A stretch of DNA of 64,000 nt from Kudoa neothunni (taxonomy: Eukaryota; Animalia; Cnidaria), in NCBI GenBank assembly GCA_964304625.1, contig OZ199839.1, forward strand, positions 8,540,021-8,604,020. Reading direction: 5' to 3'. Shown here one piece after another: positions 14,183 through 30,831 of this stretch. The notes beneath the pieces are model-generated. The model ran no database searches and was not told the origin of the DNA. It worked only from the letters and a program-made list of their open reading frames with translations. Numbering within the stretch: position 1 is the first letter of the stretch; each line of letters starts with the position of its first letter. The position numbers and the translations under genes are program-made.

Positions 14183-14821
14183 CGTATTGGGGGATATTAT
14201 ATAGTATTTCTAAGGTTATTTTACAAATTATTGACTAAAATTATGATGATCTTATTTTTAAAAGAAATGTAATCAGCGATTAAAGTTCAGTTATTTATGA
14301 AACAAAATCATTAAGTAACTTAAATAGGACTTTCAGTTTTTTCAAAATCTTAAGATAAAAATTAATGCTTCTGATTATAAAATTTATTATTAATCTACAA
14401 ACGATAAAAAAAATCAACTAAGATGCGTCAGAAACAAAAATATTAATTGTTACTCCTTTTTTTCGCAATTTTATAATGATACCAATGATGTTTTAATAAG
14501 CTGTGAGCGGTAACTTACGTATTCACTATTGTAACAAAATTTCCCCTTTTATTAATAAACCTAACCTTGCTTTTTATCAAGAATACTTATTGGTTCAAAA
14601 ATATACACATTTAAGTAACAAAATACGATTAAGTAAAAAGTGTAAAGGTGTTTTTGGTTTGAAAAATTACGGCAATGCTTAAAAGTCACCTGATTTTCTC
14701 GAAGGAATGCACCCTTTTAATAATTAACGTACGGTTTGATTGCCATACAAAAATCTCTTCGTATTAAACTATTCTTTGATTAATGAAAACATTGTGAAAA
14801 TATCGATTAGATCGAATAAAC

Positions 14822-18316
<3,495 letters not shown>

Positions 18317-20217
18317 GCCTAATGTTTATATGAATCTTACTGAAGTTGTATAAGAGTACGAAGATTTATAATAGTTTGATTTTATGTTATTAATTTATAA
18401 GAAAGTCTACGTTCTTACGACCCTTTGGGATATTTTTTACTCCAGTTTTAATGGTGTAAATGTCGTAAATTTTTTCAACGATTTGTGAGGAGAAATTGAA
18501 TTATTTTTCAAGGCGTTTAAATCCTTAGTAATCGATGATACCATAATATAAACTGATTAAGCTAATAACATTTCAATTAAAAAAAAATAAAATTTTTGTG
18601 CAAGGATGAAGTTATATCAATCAGTCGGAATATGGATAATTTTTCATCAATATTTGAAAGGAATTTATGCTATTATGGAACCATTTTGGAGTTAATCGAT
18701 TACAACTTATTGACAAGCCTCTGGAAACAAACATTATTCCAATCTGGACATAGCGAGGTTTTGTAGGACCGACGAAAAACCTCTCTGTAAAATGGATTCA
18801 CGCAACACCCATGGCACGCGTACATCTTAAGTGAGAAAAGTATATTTTATTCGTTTATCCGCTCCCGAATAATGGAATCAAAATGTTTTGAGACATCTAA
18901 ACGAACAATTTGTCTACACGAAAAAATTGGCTGCAAATCGAAATCAACTGTAACAATCCACACCTCTTGTATTAGCCCCAAAATATCAATATTCATAATT
19001 TAGAAAACTTGGATGTAAAACAAATATCCATTCTTCAAAATATTTGGGGATATATAAGCATTATAAATATACTTTTAAATATCAAATATGATCTATTATT
19101 TTTTATGAAGATCTCAATTTTTCCGCCAATATTTGATAACTATTAAAAGGATGATAATGATTCTGAAAAATGTTACCAACAATATTTATAAAATTTTGTA
19201 TACTTTTGGATAGAAATCCTTCAAAAAAATTTAATTTCTATTGACAAAAAACAACTGACTCTCATTAAGCGTTATTCTGTTTTTAGCCAAGAAACTAATA
19301 ATTTATTCTATCAACCCCATATTATAATAAGGTTTTGATTAATTTGAAAATAACTCAATACAAGTACATACTACGATTATCTTTAAACGATAGCCGTCCT
19401 TCGAGAAAATCAGGTGACTTTTAATCGTTGTTGAATATATCCAAGATAAAACCACATGTATATCATCGATTAGATAAGAAGTTTTTAATTAACGTTGCAT
19501 TAGTTTTTTGAACAGGGCAATTTTGGATTTATTAAGAAAATAGATTGTATTTTCATAATAGCTTCAGAATCATACTAAATAACAAAACTATAATTCGCCC
19601 TTACAGGCGTTTGGATAAAATTCGATTAAGATCCTTCATAAAATTATCCGAAAATATTGATATTTGGCGTAATTCTTTTATACGTCAAAAACTGCATTTA
19701 TAAATCAATTTAATATCTTAAAATGTTGGTTCCTTTAGAAAAATAACCAAAAGTACCGATAATGATAACATTGTACGTAACTATATGATTTTGTTGAACT
19801 GATTTGGTTTAAATAGTTCTCCTTATTAATAGAAATACACCCATTTCCAATAGTTTGTAAAATAAATTTCAAAATAATGGTTAAATTTTTTATATTATTA
19901 TACTAAGATTTTGACATAAACCTGTTCATGATTAAATTAGTGAAATTGGTGAAAGTTCGAAAAATAATAACAAACTTGACGACAATGAAGCATGATAAAT
20001 TGAAAAAATATCTTTATCAGGCAATGCTTTGATTTAGCGCTAGTAGGAAAATATTTGCTAGAACAGAAAAATGAATATAATTTTGATTAGTATATAAGAC
20101 AATTATAGCGAAAGCGAACAAAAAATTAAACAAAATACCAACAAACTACCATAATAATGTACCTTTTAATGCACTCTAAATGTAAAATTAATATAGTTAT
20201 AATTTTATGTGGCATCT

Positions 20218-23200
20218 TTAAGCTTTAATGTAAATATTTTCGCATTTGTTGTAAATTTCTCTCTTTTTAATTCTTTTGTACTTTAGTATTGCACCTCCAA
20301 CAACCAAGCACATAATGGCTATGACATCGGCTGTAATTATATATTTGAATTTATCTTTTATAGCGACATTATTTGATTGACCATTAACTGCACTATATTT
20401 CTGTGTGTCTGCTTCAAAATCATGGTTGGAATCGAGGGTTTCTTGTTCATGTTGATCAACATTTTAAGTTGTGTCTTCCACTTGTTTCGATAATTCATTA
20501 TTCTTTAAAATAACGGAGAATTTATCGTCATCTTCGATGGCAGTTTTAATTCCTTCTTTGTATGAAGAAACATTAGTTGGGATAGTGACTTTGATTATTT
20601 CGTCGAATTCAGTTATTGTAAGGTCATCATTGTTGTTAGCAAGGAAATGTTCGATATTTGTAATAAGTTTGGTGAAGCTTTCGTCTAATGTAACCATTCC
20701 ATTATTCTCAACGTTAATTGACGTAATATATTCTTTAAGAAGGCTATCGATTTGTTGCAACCAGGCGTTTGATTGAGTGTCTCGGTTTGAATATTTTTCT
20801 TTGAGTTGTATTTTCTCTTTTTCATAATGTATTTTTCCTCTGGTTTCAGTAGCAATAACAAGACTAAGTTGTGCGTCAAGTTCACCATTAATTTCATTTT
20901 TCTCCGTTACAAGCTTTTGATAGTTATCAAGCAGCTTAATACCAACCTCCATTCCATCATCATTAGCTTTATTTTCTAATTCTTGATGTGCCTTGTTGTA
21001 TTTATCTAATATCTCATCCTTTATCGCGTTAATATATATTTTTGCCGTTTTACTAGATTCTTCAACTTCGAGTTTTTTTGAAGAAATTTTTTCTATATTT
21101 TGGTTATGTTGTGTAATCAATTTCTTTTGGAAACTAGTCAGTAATTCTTTCTTTGACTCAAGTTGTGTTCTTGCAGCATTCATTTTAATAACAATTTGTT
21201 TTAACGATTCAAGTCTTGGTAAATATCCCTTATTAGATTCTTTAAATTCAGTAATACGGGTCATTTCTCCATTGATTTTATCAATTTTTTGATCTACATC
21301 GTTTTCCAAATTTACGTCAATTTCATTTAATTTAGTCAGTCTACCTTGCATGGAATCAGTTGATGATTTCGATAGTTCATATTTTTTTATCAGTTCTGAG
21401 TTGAGGGTCAACAATTGGATGACTGCTGACTCGTTCGAGAAGGTTGAATCGCTGTTTACACGATTGTCATAAGTATCAGAAATAACTTCCATTTCTCTAT
21501 AATTATTTTCATAGGTTTCTTGTACTTGATTATATTGGGTAAACAATTGATTATACTCGTTCTCTAGTTCATTCACTTTAGATTTGCCAGATTTAACAAA
21601 TTTATCATGTTATTCTACAGCACTTTGTACGTTATTGAATGTCTTTTCCACCGACAATTGGTCCTCAGTAAGTTTCTTCAACTCTTCATTTCTATTAATT
21701 GCTTTTATATCATTAATCAACTCCTTAGCACTGGTGACCGAGTTTGAATGATAAAGTTTTTCATCATTTTGTTTCTTTTGTTGTTATTTAATTACCCTTT
21801 TATATTCCTCAAATTTAACACCAAGTTCATTTCTCAATTGTGTGTATTTATATTGATCAAATTTTTGGACTGATTTCAAACCATGAGTGAGGGATTCAAC
21901 CATACCTGAATGTGTTCTATCAATGTTACTAATTTTTGTTTTAGCAGCATTGACTTCAGAAGTTAGATTCACAATCTTTTCGTCAATTTCATTGACATTC
22001 GATTTTATGGAGACAACGGCTATTTCATAACCTTTAATTAAGGTATCAACCTTTGAAATATCATCGTCAAGTTTAAAGTCTTGATCTCGTTATCATACGA
22101 AGACTTAAATTCTTTATATGGGTTTTTAAGAAGCTTCGATAATTCTTGTTTCGTTGTTTGAATATTAGCATAATCACTTGTAATTTTTGATTTCATTTGA
22201 TCAATTTGATTTAAACCATCACGATTAGGGTTAATACTTTCTTTAACCTCATCAATTTTTGACCTCAATTCACCAACCTTAGCAGATAGTGAATTGATTT
22301 CTTCCGTGGATTTTCTGACTTGAGTCGAGTAAATAGTGGACAGTTTTTCTCCATTGGTTTCAAGTGGCATGGATTTATGCCATGCTAAAAGTCTTTGGAA
22401 ACTATCATTATTGGAAGTTACTTGGTCTAGTTTGACACCTGAGGAGTGTATATCTTTAGATATAATGGCCAATAAATCACCACTAAGGTGAGTTTCTTTA
22501 TCAGTCAGGGTGAGCAATAAGCCTTGTTTCTTGGTGTCCATATGTGATAATTCAGCAGATGGATTCTCAAGGTTAAGTTTGCTCATATGTTCTTCCTTTA
22601 ATTTTTTCTCATATTCGGGAATGTGAATCGAAGATAATTTATTTAGGGCAGATTTCAGTTGTTTGAATTTTGAAGCTAAAGTCTCCTGTGTTGTAGACAA
22701 CTGCTGGGGTTGGACTGAATTGAGTTGTGAACTGTAAAGGTTGATTTCTGAGACCCATATATTGATTGTCTCATTTGTCACCATTAAACGTCCTTGAAGG
22801 AATTCTTCGTTGTTCTTTAAAAAATAATATAAATCATGGTGCAATTGTTTGCGAACGAGCAAATTATCTTTGGTGTCCTTAGTCGACTGCTCTTCATCAA
22901 TTTTAGATATGAATTCTGCCGCTTTTTGTTTTATCGGAGCTAATTCTTCAACAATAATAGGAATAATTCCTTTCAACTCTTGTTTGTTGTTAACAATCTT
23001 TTTTAATTTGACCTCATATGTATCAATCGAATAATTGTGTGCTTCAACTGACGCTAATTGTGTGCGTAGATCTCTGGTGTTTGTCATCAACGAACTCAAA
23101 AGATCCAAAGACAAATAACTTCTAGTTTGGCTTAATAACTTTTCATATGTTGCGATCAAACTTTTTGCTTCTTTCACGTCTGTGCCAAGAAAAGCAGAAA

Positions 23201-23639
23201 AATTTGTGTTTATTATTGTACTTGCATCACTTGTAAAATCTTTGATATATTTTTTATATGAATCGGAAGTATTCACAATATTTTGCAGTTCGGCTTTGAG
23301 TTCTATAAAATAAGATTCCAATTTAGCAAAAAATTTCTTTAATTTTCTCAAGAGGATATTATATACTTTTAGAATTAAAATATTCTATTATTGGTTTAGT
23401 TTCATCCAGGTTTGCGGTATATTTGGTAGTAAAATTAATTATCTCCGGTTGCATTTGTAAAAATTTGCTCCTCTTTTCGTCGTACTTAGAGCTTTTCTGA
23501 ATGTTTGCTTCACTAGCACCAGAAGTATCTTTTATCGTAATAATGATTACGAAAACTAAAAAAATCAATCATCCAAGGAAAATAGCTATCCAATGTTACC
23601 AAGCAAATAGCTTATTGAGATATTTTTCATCGACATCAT
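20218..23639 (-). pseudogene. Disrupted gene for a ~1100-aa coiled-coil type-I membrane protein
   Basis: Signal peptide MMSMKNISISYLLVFVIIITIKDTSG (44-nt intron 23599-23556), then a long K/E/N/Q/L-rich helical region and C-terminal TM YIITADVIAIMCLVVGGAIL followed by KYKRIKKR. In-frame TAA at ~23359, 21784, 21610 and 20464; frameshifts at ~23330 and ~22080. Confidence 0.75.
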
Positions 23640-23966
23640 GACTATTGCCAATTAGTGCTTATACTTGTGTCAAAATAGGTTATTATAACTACGATAACGA
23701 TAGTCACCAAACTCTTCACAACGATCACAACTTCAATATAATGAATATATGTGATTTATATCAAATAAATTGGTTCACATTCAAAAAATGTATAGGATTG
23801 ACACCAATTGCATTTTCACTGAATAAACGAATAAATATTTAATAGCATACAAGTAATCGCGTAACAAAACTTTTAACAGCAATGAATACCGATATAAATC
23901 ATCGTTTTAAATTTATTTTTTAAACATTTTGACCGTTAATATGTGAAATACATACATACATACATA

Positions 23967-25507
23967 CAGTATTTCAAGATCTAAATGCAACTAGGTAAAA
24001 CCAAAATGCAACATTTTTCTTTCGTTGGATATTTAAACTAATTATTGATAATCTCCATATTTATACACTTTGGGAAATATGATTCAGCATGATTTGAATA
24101 ATTATTCAAATGATTAACAGAAACTTCCGCTGGGCTCTCCATAATAGCGGACATCAATTGTTCATGATTTTGAGGATATCTGTTTCTCACGATGGTTTTC
24201 ATTTGGTGAAAAAACTCCTCAATAGGATTGAGGAAGGGGGAATAGGGCGGAAAAAACAACAGTTTGTGATTGCTTGACTCTACAAGCTCAGTTATGGTAT
24301 TCGTTTTATGGAACCGAACATTATCCATTATGAGGAGAGCACGTTCGACCCCCTCGTTAGCTAGATCATCAAATAACTTGCTGATGAAATTATAAAATAT
24401 ATTTTGGTTAACGGATCCACTTTCCAAATGGAAAGTGGATACCTTTTCAGCACTTATGGCAGCTATTAAGGTTATATTTTTTGAGCGTACGCTCTTTACT
24501 TTGAGATTCGCTCTTGTTCCAGAGAGTGACCGCCCAAATGATCGCCGCATGGATAATGAAAATCCCGCTTCATCAATGAAAATCACTGACGAATACATGT
24601 GCTTATTTTGTGAATACTCAAGCACATAACTATTTGATGTAAATAAACATCAGAACTATAATAATAACTTTTTTCTCATTATTATGTTATTTGGCGAATT
24701 TCTAGCTAATGCGACGATCGAAATCCGTTTCGAGGTATAATGAAAATCACATAAGCATTTACTTACAGTTTGTCTGGTTACTTCGATATTAAATTCGTCC
24801 AGAAGTTTTTTAGCGATTCTTTCCAAGGTATCGGTGCAATCGTCATCCACTAGTTTACGAATATACTGTTTGTGAGATTCATCCAATTTCGATCTTCTGT
24901 CGCCACCCTTTTTTGCTGCTATCTCAGCCCCATTTTCTAAGCTTTTGCGTAATATTCTTCCAATGGTGGATTTATGAACGCCCGTTTTTTCGGCAATAAA
25001 ACTGTTTGTATAATTTTCCTAATAAATGTAAACTAAGAAAGGCAACAAAATAATTGCTTTCGATAACGTGACAACAAGATTCCTAATTTCATCACTGAGA
25101 GTAATGTATTTTCTTTTAGGGAGGTTGTTGTTTTGTTGGTTATTGCCGAGTGCTGACATTTTAACTTAGCGTGCGCTGAATTTACAAAAATTAAAGTTAA
25201 ATGTCATGCAATTTCCTATTTAATTGAGAATAATCTTCAGAATTCATCTTTAATTATAAATAGGAATCATTATTTAAATGATGGCATCGACGCATTAACG
25301 ATAGCTTATAACTAGTTTGTAAGGCGAGCGTACTAATTCAACTTAAATTCTAATAGTTTATTTTATGAGATGTAACGTGTGATCGGCGCTTAAATGATAT
25401 AATTATCAATTAAAATATGTTTTTTAGTTCCTGTGTGAAAATTATACGTCCACGCTTATGGGTTGCATTTTGATCTTACACAGTTGCATTTAGATCTTGA
25501 AATACTG
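23967..25507 (-). mobile_element. Complete Tc1/IS630-family (DD34E) DNA transposon, 1541 bp
   Basis: Perfect 26-bp TIR CAGTATTTCAAGATCTAAATGCAACT, extending imperfectly to ~46 bp, with TA on both sides and an internal transposase gene. Confidence 0.93.
24038..25159 (-). CDS. DD34E transposase, 347 aa, three exons
   Basis: Exons 25159-25058, 25018-24669, 24629-24038 give an uninterrupted ORF. HTH FIAEKTGVHKSTIGRIL, GGDRRSKL, second HTH, IFIDEAGF, LIMDNVRFHK, PPYSPFLNPIEE (34 residues between D and E). Confidence 0.85.
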
Positions 25508-26780
25508 TAAATAAATCGGGTTTATATTAATAATTTCCTAATGTGGTTTTAATATTATTTTATTATTTATCCTTTCCCAAAAATTGTTTAATTTTATTCA
25601 TAGCTTTAATTTTTACGTATGAAAAATTCTCTACATCTACTATGAATATCTACTACGTATATATAAAAGAGGAGTGTCTATATGTATGTTCACAAAGTAC
25701 GCGTGTGTGACAAATTTTGTTCTCATAGAGTAATGAGAGACATTAATGATATTTCTAATAATTTTTAGCAATGGAAAAATTATGAATGTATTTTTCCATT
25801 ATCTAAAGTTATTAAATTACTTTTTAAATATTGTTTTTGTTGGTTTCATGTTTGTTCAACAGATTACGCAACTTCAATAATAGGATTAAATTTTCTTATT
25901 TCAGAGAGAATTTCAGTTAAAATAAACATTCTCCCCAATATACTTCAATCTACTGTTAATTTAATAATGTTGTCTATCATTATATACAAAGTGGTAGTCG
26001 CTATTTAGGTGTGTGCTTACATACACTCCTTACGCTGGGACTTTTGATATGTCTTATTAATAACATTGTCAAAGTTTTATATATAGCTTTAAATAACACA
26101 AAAAGTTGCAAATCTGGTAAATAAAGAACGAATCGGTAGTGTATGTCATAATCAGACAGATAAAAACCTCTATTGCTGTGACTCAGTCTTCATATTTCGT
26201 TAAAGCGTTGGTTAAACTTGATTTAAGCGACAATTTTTGATGTACACATTAAAATTTTACTTTATCCAATTATTAAAAATAGTTCTGCTCATATTAAGGA
26301 GTTGCGAAATTTTTTCGAGAAAAGAGTATATAAAAATGGGCCAGATAAATGGATATAAATTTCCGAAAAAAATTTGTCGTAGCAACTTACCGTCGAGTTA
26401 TGCAGTTTTTACGATCTTCCTCAAATTATCTTAGTTTCAACTGGGCTTATCACAATCGTTATATGTATGATATTTACAATAAAGGTTTATTCAGTTCCTT
26501 CCCTGAGTTATTCTAAAGGATTCATACTATTTTATTTTTTAAACGTATCCTTCTACAATAAGATATTCCCAATCCCGTGCGAATCTGGGCAGTTCGTGTT
26601 GATATTAACCCATGAAGGGCGGTGCTGGGAAAAATTCCACTGGGAACGGTGGGGGATATTTTTGACCCCAGCAATTTTAGTCTCTTTTTGCGACTTTGCT
26701 TACCAAATCTCATAATTACAATTAATACGGTTGACAAGTAGTATTCTATCTATTTCATGTTTAGAAAAATTTATTTACCA

Positions 26781-27461
26781 TCTACTGTATAAAGCAAACC
26801 GGAAATCTTTATGTGTACGCATTTTTCGTTCTTTATAGAGAGACATCGCTCCATTTGAGCACACATGTGGAATGATAACATTTTCTTTTAACACATTAAA
26901 ATACTTAAAAAATTATAAAAGGTTTGCATTCTACAAAATAACTAAAAACATTTTCACATAATATGATTGGTTTGATTTGAGGATTTATGCAAACATATAG
27001 ATTTTTTCGTTAAAGTTATAAAAAGTTAACTATAAATGTACCATAATGTTTATTATACTTTAAAATTATTGAAAAGTAATTTAGTAATTATATTAGTTCA
27101 AACAAGGAAGGTGATATTAGGTTATGTAGCCAATAATTAATATGAAATTCATTTATTGATGTTTCACAAGATTAGTCCAAATCATATGGTATGATTTAGA
27201 GATTACTGTGATCAACAAGGAGAAAATTAATTTTTAGGAGCTTTAAAGAGGAAATTTTAAACGCTCATTGATGTTTATTCATTTTTAAAAATACTAAATG
27301 AATGAAATGCGTCCAATTAGTTAAATAAATCATCCTTTAATTGGGTAATCTTTGTACTATTTATCTAAATAGTCTTAATTTACTTTGAACTTGACCTACT
27401 CAGGGCTTTAGCCTACTTGGTCGGGCAAGGAAACCTACGCGAAGCGGGGCGTTTGTGCTAG
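26781..27461 (+). mobile_element. Non-autonomous Helitron
   Basis: A|TCTACTGTATAAAG 5' end, 3' hairpin CCTACGCGAAGCGGGG about 10 nt before CTAG|T, inserted between A and T with no TSD. Homologous copies at 8441-8889 and 13959. Confidence 0.8.
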
Positions 27462-27721
27462 TTTTCAAGAAAAAAAACACCAAAAAATTAGTATATTAAT
27501 TAATACTGAATAAAATATAGACGTGAAGAATACAATGGTTGATAAGAGTTACGTTATATATTCAATGTATTGGTGAATGAAATTTTAATTATATTTTATC
27601 CTTTAATAGCAATGCTAAAAAATGACTATCCCAGAAAATAAACGATTATTTATTAAAAAGATAATGCGATATTTAGAGAATATTTCAGAGAATTTAGAAA
27701 ATCTGTAGTTGAAGAGAAAGA

Positions 27722-28773
27722 ATGGTTGACATTCCAACCCCCTCATACAACATATTGAACGATCCAACTATGATAAGACTTATGTGTCTTCTCTTTCTTT
27801 TTTCTTCCTCGGTCCCCTTATATGTACCATAATGATAGTTGATTTAGCGAACGGTAACGAAATATCAAATCCAATCCAAAAGTGTAACTTGGGTGTATGT
27901 ATATTTATATATGTGATTGCTGCAATAATACCAATCGATCTCTACGGCAGCTTGTATGACAAATCATTTGGTAATATTTATGGGTGTAAGTTTGTGCCTA
28001 CCTTAACAACCTATACCTCTTTTGCAACATTACACTCTTAAATCTTGTTTCAAATATTCGTTATTACGCTGTTTGTAAACCATCGCATTATAAAAAATTA
28101 TTCAAATATATAAATTGGATATTTTTAATATTGGCAATACTGATCAGCCTGTTGACAATTCCTCATATGTGTCTCTACTCTATAATTCAACGTGACCAAG
28201 AAATATTAAAAAATGATGATTATTTATCTCATTTATTGATGTTTATTAATTTTAAATAGATATGCGAAATAGCCTCATCACAAGATCTTACTAAAAAATT
28301 AATATACTCATTTCAGATTACGATCGTATATCTGTGCACGACCATTACAATAATCGTCACTCAATACAAAATCTACAGTAAGTATAATTTATTAGAAAAA
28401 CCAATTAACAAGGACGTGAAAACTTCCCATTCTCAGCAAGATAAAACTGTAATGCTTTATTAATTATATATTTATAATATAATTACTATTTGAAAAATTC
28501 CTCAGTCGAAAATAATGAAAACCTTAATAAAACTTGAATATTCAATAAAGTATTCCTATATTTGGCGATAAATGCGACCATATTCCTTGTTGTGTTTACA
28601 TCATATTCAGTGGTAAAATTATTATCAGTTTTTTCATTCAATCTTGATCTCATAGTATATAGAAACTGTGTTGTTTTTATATTGTTTTACCCAGCATCAC
28701 ATTTTCTCGTAAGTCTTTATTCGAATCTGCACTACGTGAGAGTCAAAGGATAATTTTACGTATTCAAAGATGA
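27722..28773 (+). pseudogene. GPCR paralogue, copy 2, pseudogene
   Basis: Collinear with copy 3 but has frameshifts near 27795 and 27995, intron-1 donor GT>TT (~28206) and intron-2 acceptor AAG>AAA (~28495). Confidence 0.85.
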
Positions 28774-29155
28774 TCGATAGAGATATTTCATTAACGTAAA
28801 TTCATTAGATGAAAAATATACGAATAATGTTATTATACTTCTTTTGAAGTTCAGTTTTAAATTGAAATAAGTCATATTTCTGTGGACGCTTCCCATATAA
28901 ATACTACTGTTACAAGCACAAAATGTTATTGATTTGAAATTGGTTATTTTAATGATAAATATTATTTATATGTCCTTAATTTTTACTATATTAAATTATT
29001 CTCGGTTCAATATTTCGCTCTTAGGTGCTTTTGGGAGAACCCTTACACTTTTTCGCTCTATCAAAATTCACTTTTAGCGATAACTGTAGAATATGCGAAA
29101 TAATTGATTATATATATTTTAATCTCATTTATAATATTTAATATTAGTTTATAGA

Positions 29156-30831
29156 GTTAAATTGCAGAATAATGGTAGAATTTTCAGATTAAAATTATAA
29201 TTAATTCCAATACTAATCCTAAATTTCTAAACCGAAATTAATGTTATATTTATGCCGTAATTTCTGCCAGTAATGACTTAGTTTCATTCAATATATTAGT
29301 TTTGATGTTATGATTATACATTTGCTACAATTGAACACCTAATGCTTACATAGAATATGAATTTTTTTTTATAAGATACAGATTTAATAATAACCAATTG
29401 CTAAGGATGAAATATGGCAATCCTACAAAGTTAGAGTCGTCCAACTAAAATCCTAGAATACATGAAGCATGCTTTACTTTAGCCGGCTTAATTGATGATA
29501 TAGCCTGTTGAAATAATTGTGAGGGGCTATGAGTTCTCTATATTAATAGGTTACTTCAAGTGCTATTGTGATGACAAATTGCGATTCCTGAAAGTATCCT
29601 GCTGATGGCGAAACACCGATAAATATTCATTATTAAATTATTCGACGAGTTGGCTTTTGTATGTTGTCGCTGATTTTAATTACGGACATTAAAAATATTT
29701 TTAATCAAATAAATTAACAAAAATGATTATTATTAAGTTTCCAATTTAAAAATTATAAAATTTAATTATGCACGATAAAAAGAAAGACCAAAATTATGTT
29801 AGGGGATTAATACTTGAACATGTGATATTGTACGGTTAGAAACGCTATTATACCCTTAAACATGATGCGCACTACTCTTCAAAGATTAGTTGTACATATA
29901 GAGTTTATGAAGAGATTATTGAATTACGAAACCAAATTTTAAGAATTCTTCCCTGTAATAATCTATTAAGATAAGGCATTGGCTGTTGACACGGAAGTTT
30001 TTAATCCAAAGTGGCAACTACGCTTGCGTAGTGCACATTCTTAATCTTAGCTATTCCTATTTGCAGTGGATTTATAAAGTTTTTTTAAGAGTCTGCTGTA
30101 TTTGATCATTTCTGACCCATCGCTACCGTTCTTAGGATCAAAAACAATTAAATACAGTCAAAATTATACTTACATGGATATTATGATTTGGATCAATGGC
30201 CACTCCCTAAAAATTAATATCTTATTTAATAATGAATAAAATAGTGTAGTGAAATAACCTTTGTACTATTTTAACTACTATCGGTTTAATTATTACAAAC
30301 AGCCTCTTACGATGAGCCGCTCGTTAGTTATGAATAAAGATCTGAATAAGTTAGTAATGAATATTTATCAATGTTTCGCCATCAGCAGGATACTTTTAAA
30401 GACCTCAATTTGTCATCCTGATATCATTTGAAGTAATCTATTAATATAGAGAACTCATAGCCCCTCACAATTATTTCAACAGGCTATATCATCAATTAAG
30501 CCGGCTTAAGTAAAGCATGCTTTGTGTATTCTAGAATTTTAGTTGGACGACTCTAACTTTGTAGGATTGCCATATTTCATCCTTAGCAATTGGTTATTAT
30601 TAAATCTGTATCTTATAAAAAAAAATTCATATTCTATGTAAGCATTAGGTGTTCAATTGTAGCAAATGTATAATCATAACATCAAAACTAATATATTGAA
30701 TGAAACTAAGTCATTACTGGCAGAAATTACGGCATAAATATAATATTAATTTCGGTTTAGAAATTTAGGATTAGTATTGGAATTAATTATAATTTTAATC
30801 TGAAAATTCTACCATTATTCTGCATTTTAAC
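29156..30831. repeat. Long inverted repeat (arms ~480 bp, spacer ~715 bp)
   Basis: 29156-~29636 is the reverse complement of ~30351-30831. The outer ~395 bp differ at only about six positions; the inner ~85 bp are clearly more diverged. Confidence 0.92.

Noticed and set aside
18640-19100. KYLGIY motif suggesting a reverse transcriptase
   Set aside because: One short motif in stop-ridden sequence is too weak to annotate.
20471-21292. Plus-strand ORFs 20471-20776 and 20993-21292, and similar antisense ORFs at 10433-10774, 41018-41311 and 60814-61110
   Set aside because: They are shadows of real genes on the opposite strand.
20218-23639. TAA reassigned to an amino acid, or programmed readthrough, in the coiled-coil gene
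   Set aside because: GPCRs, CDK11, IscU and the transposase end at TAA, intact genes have no internal TAA, and the gene also has two frameshifts. AT-biased decay explains it.
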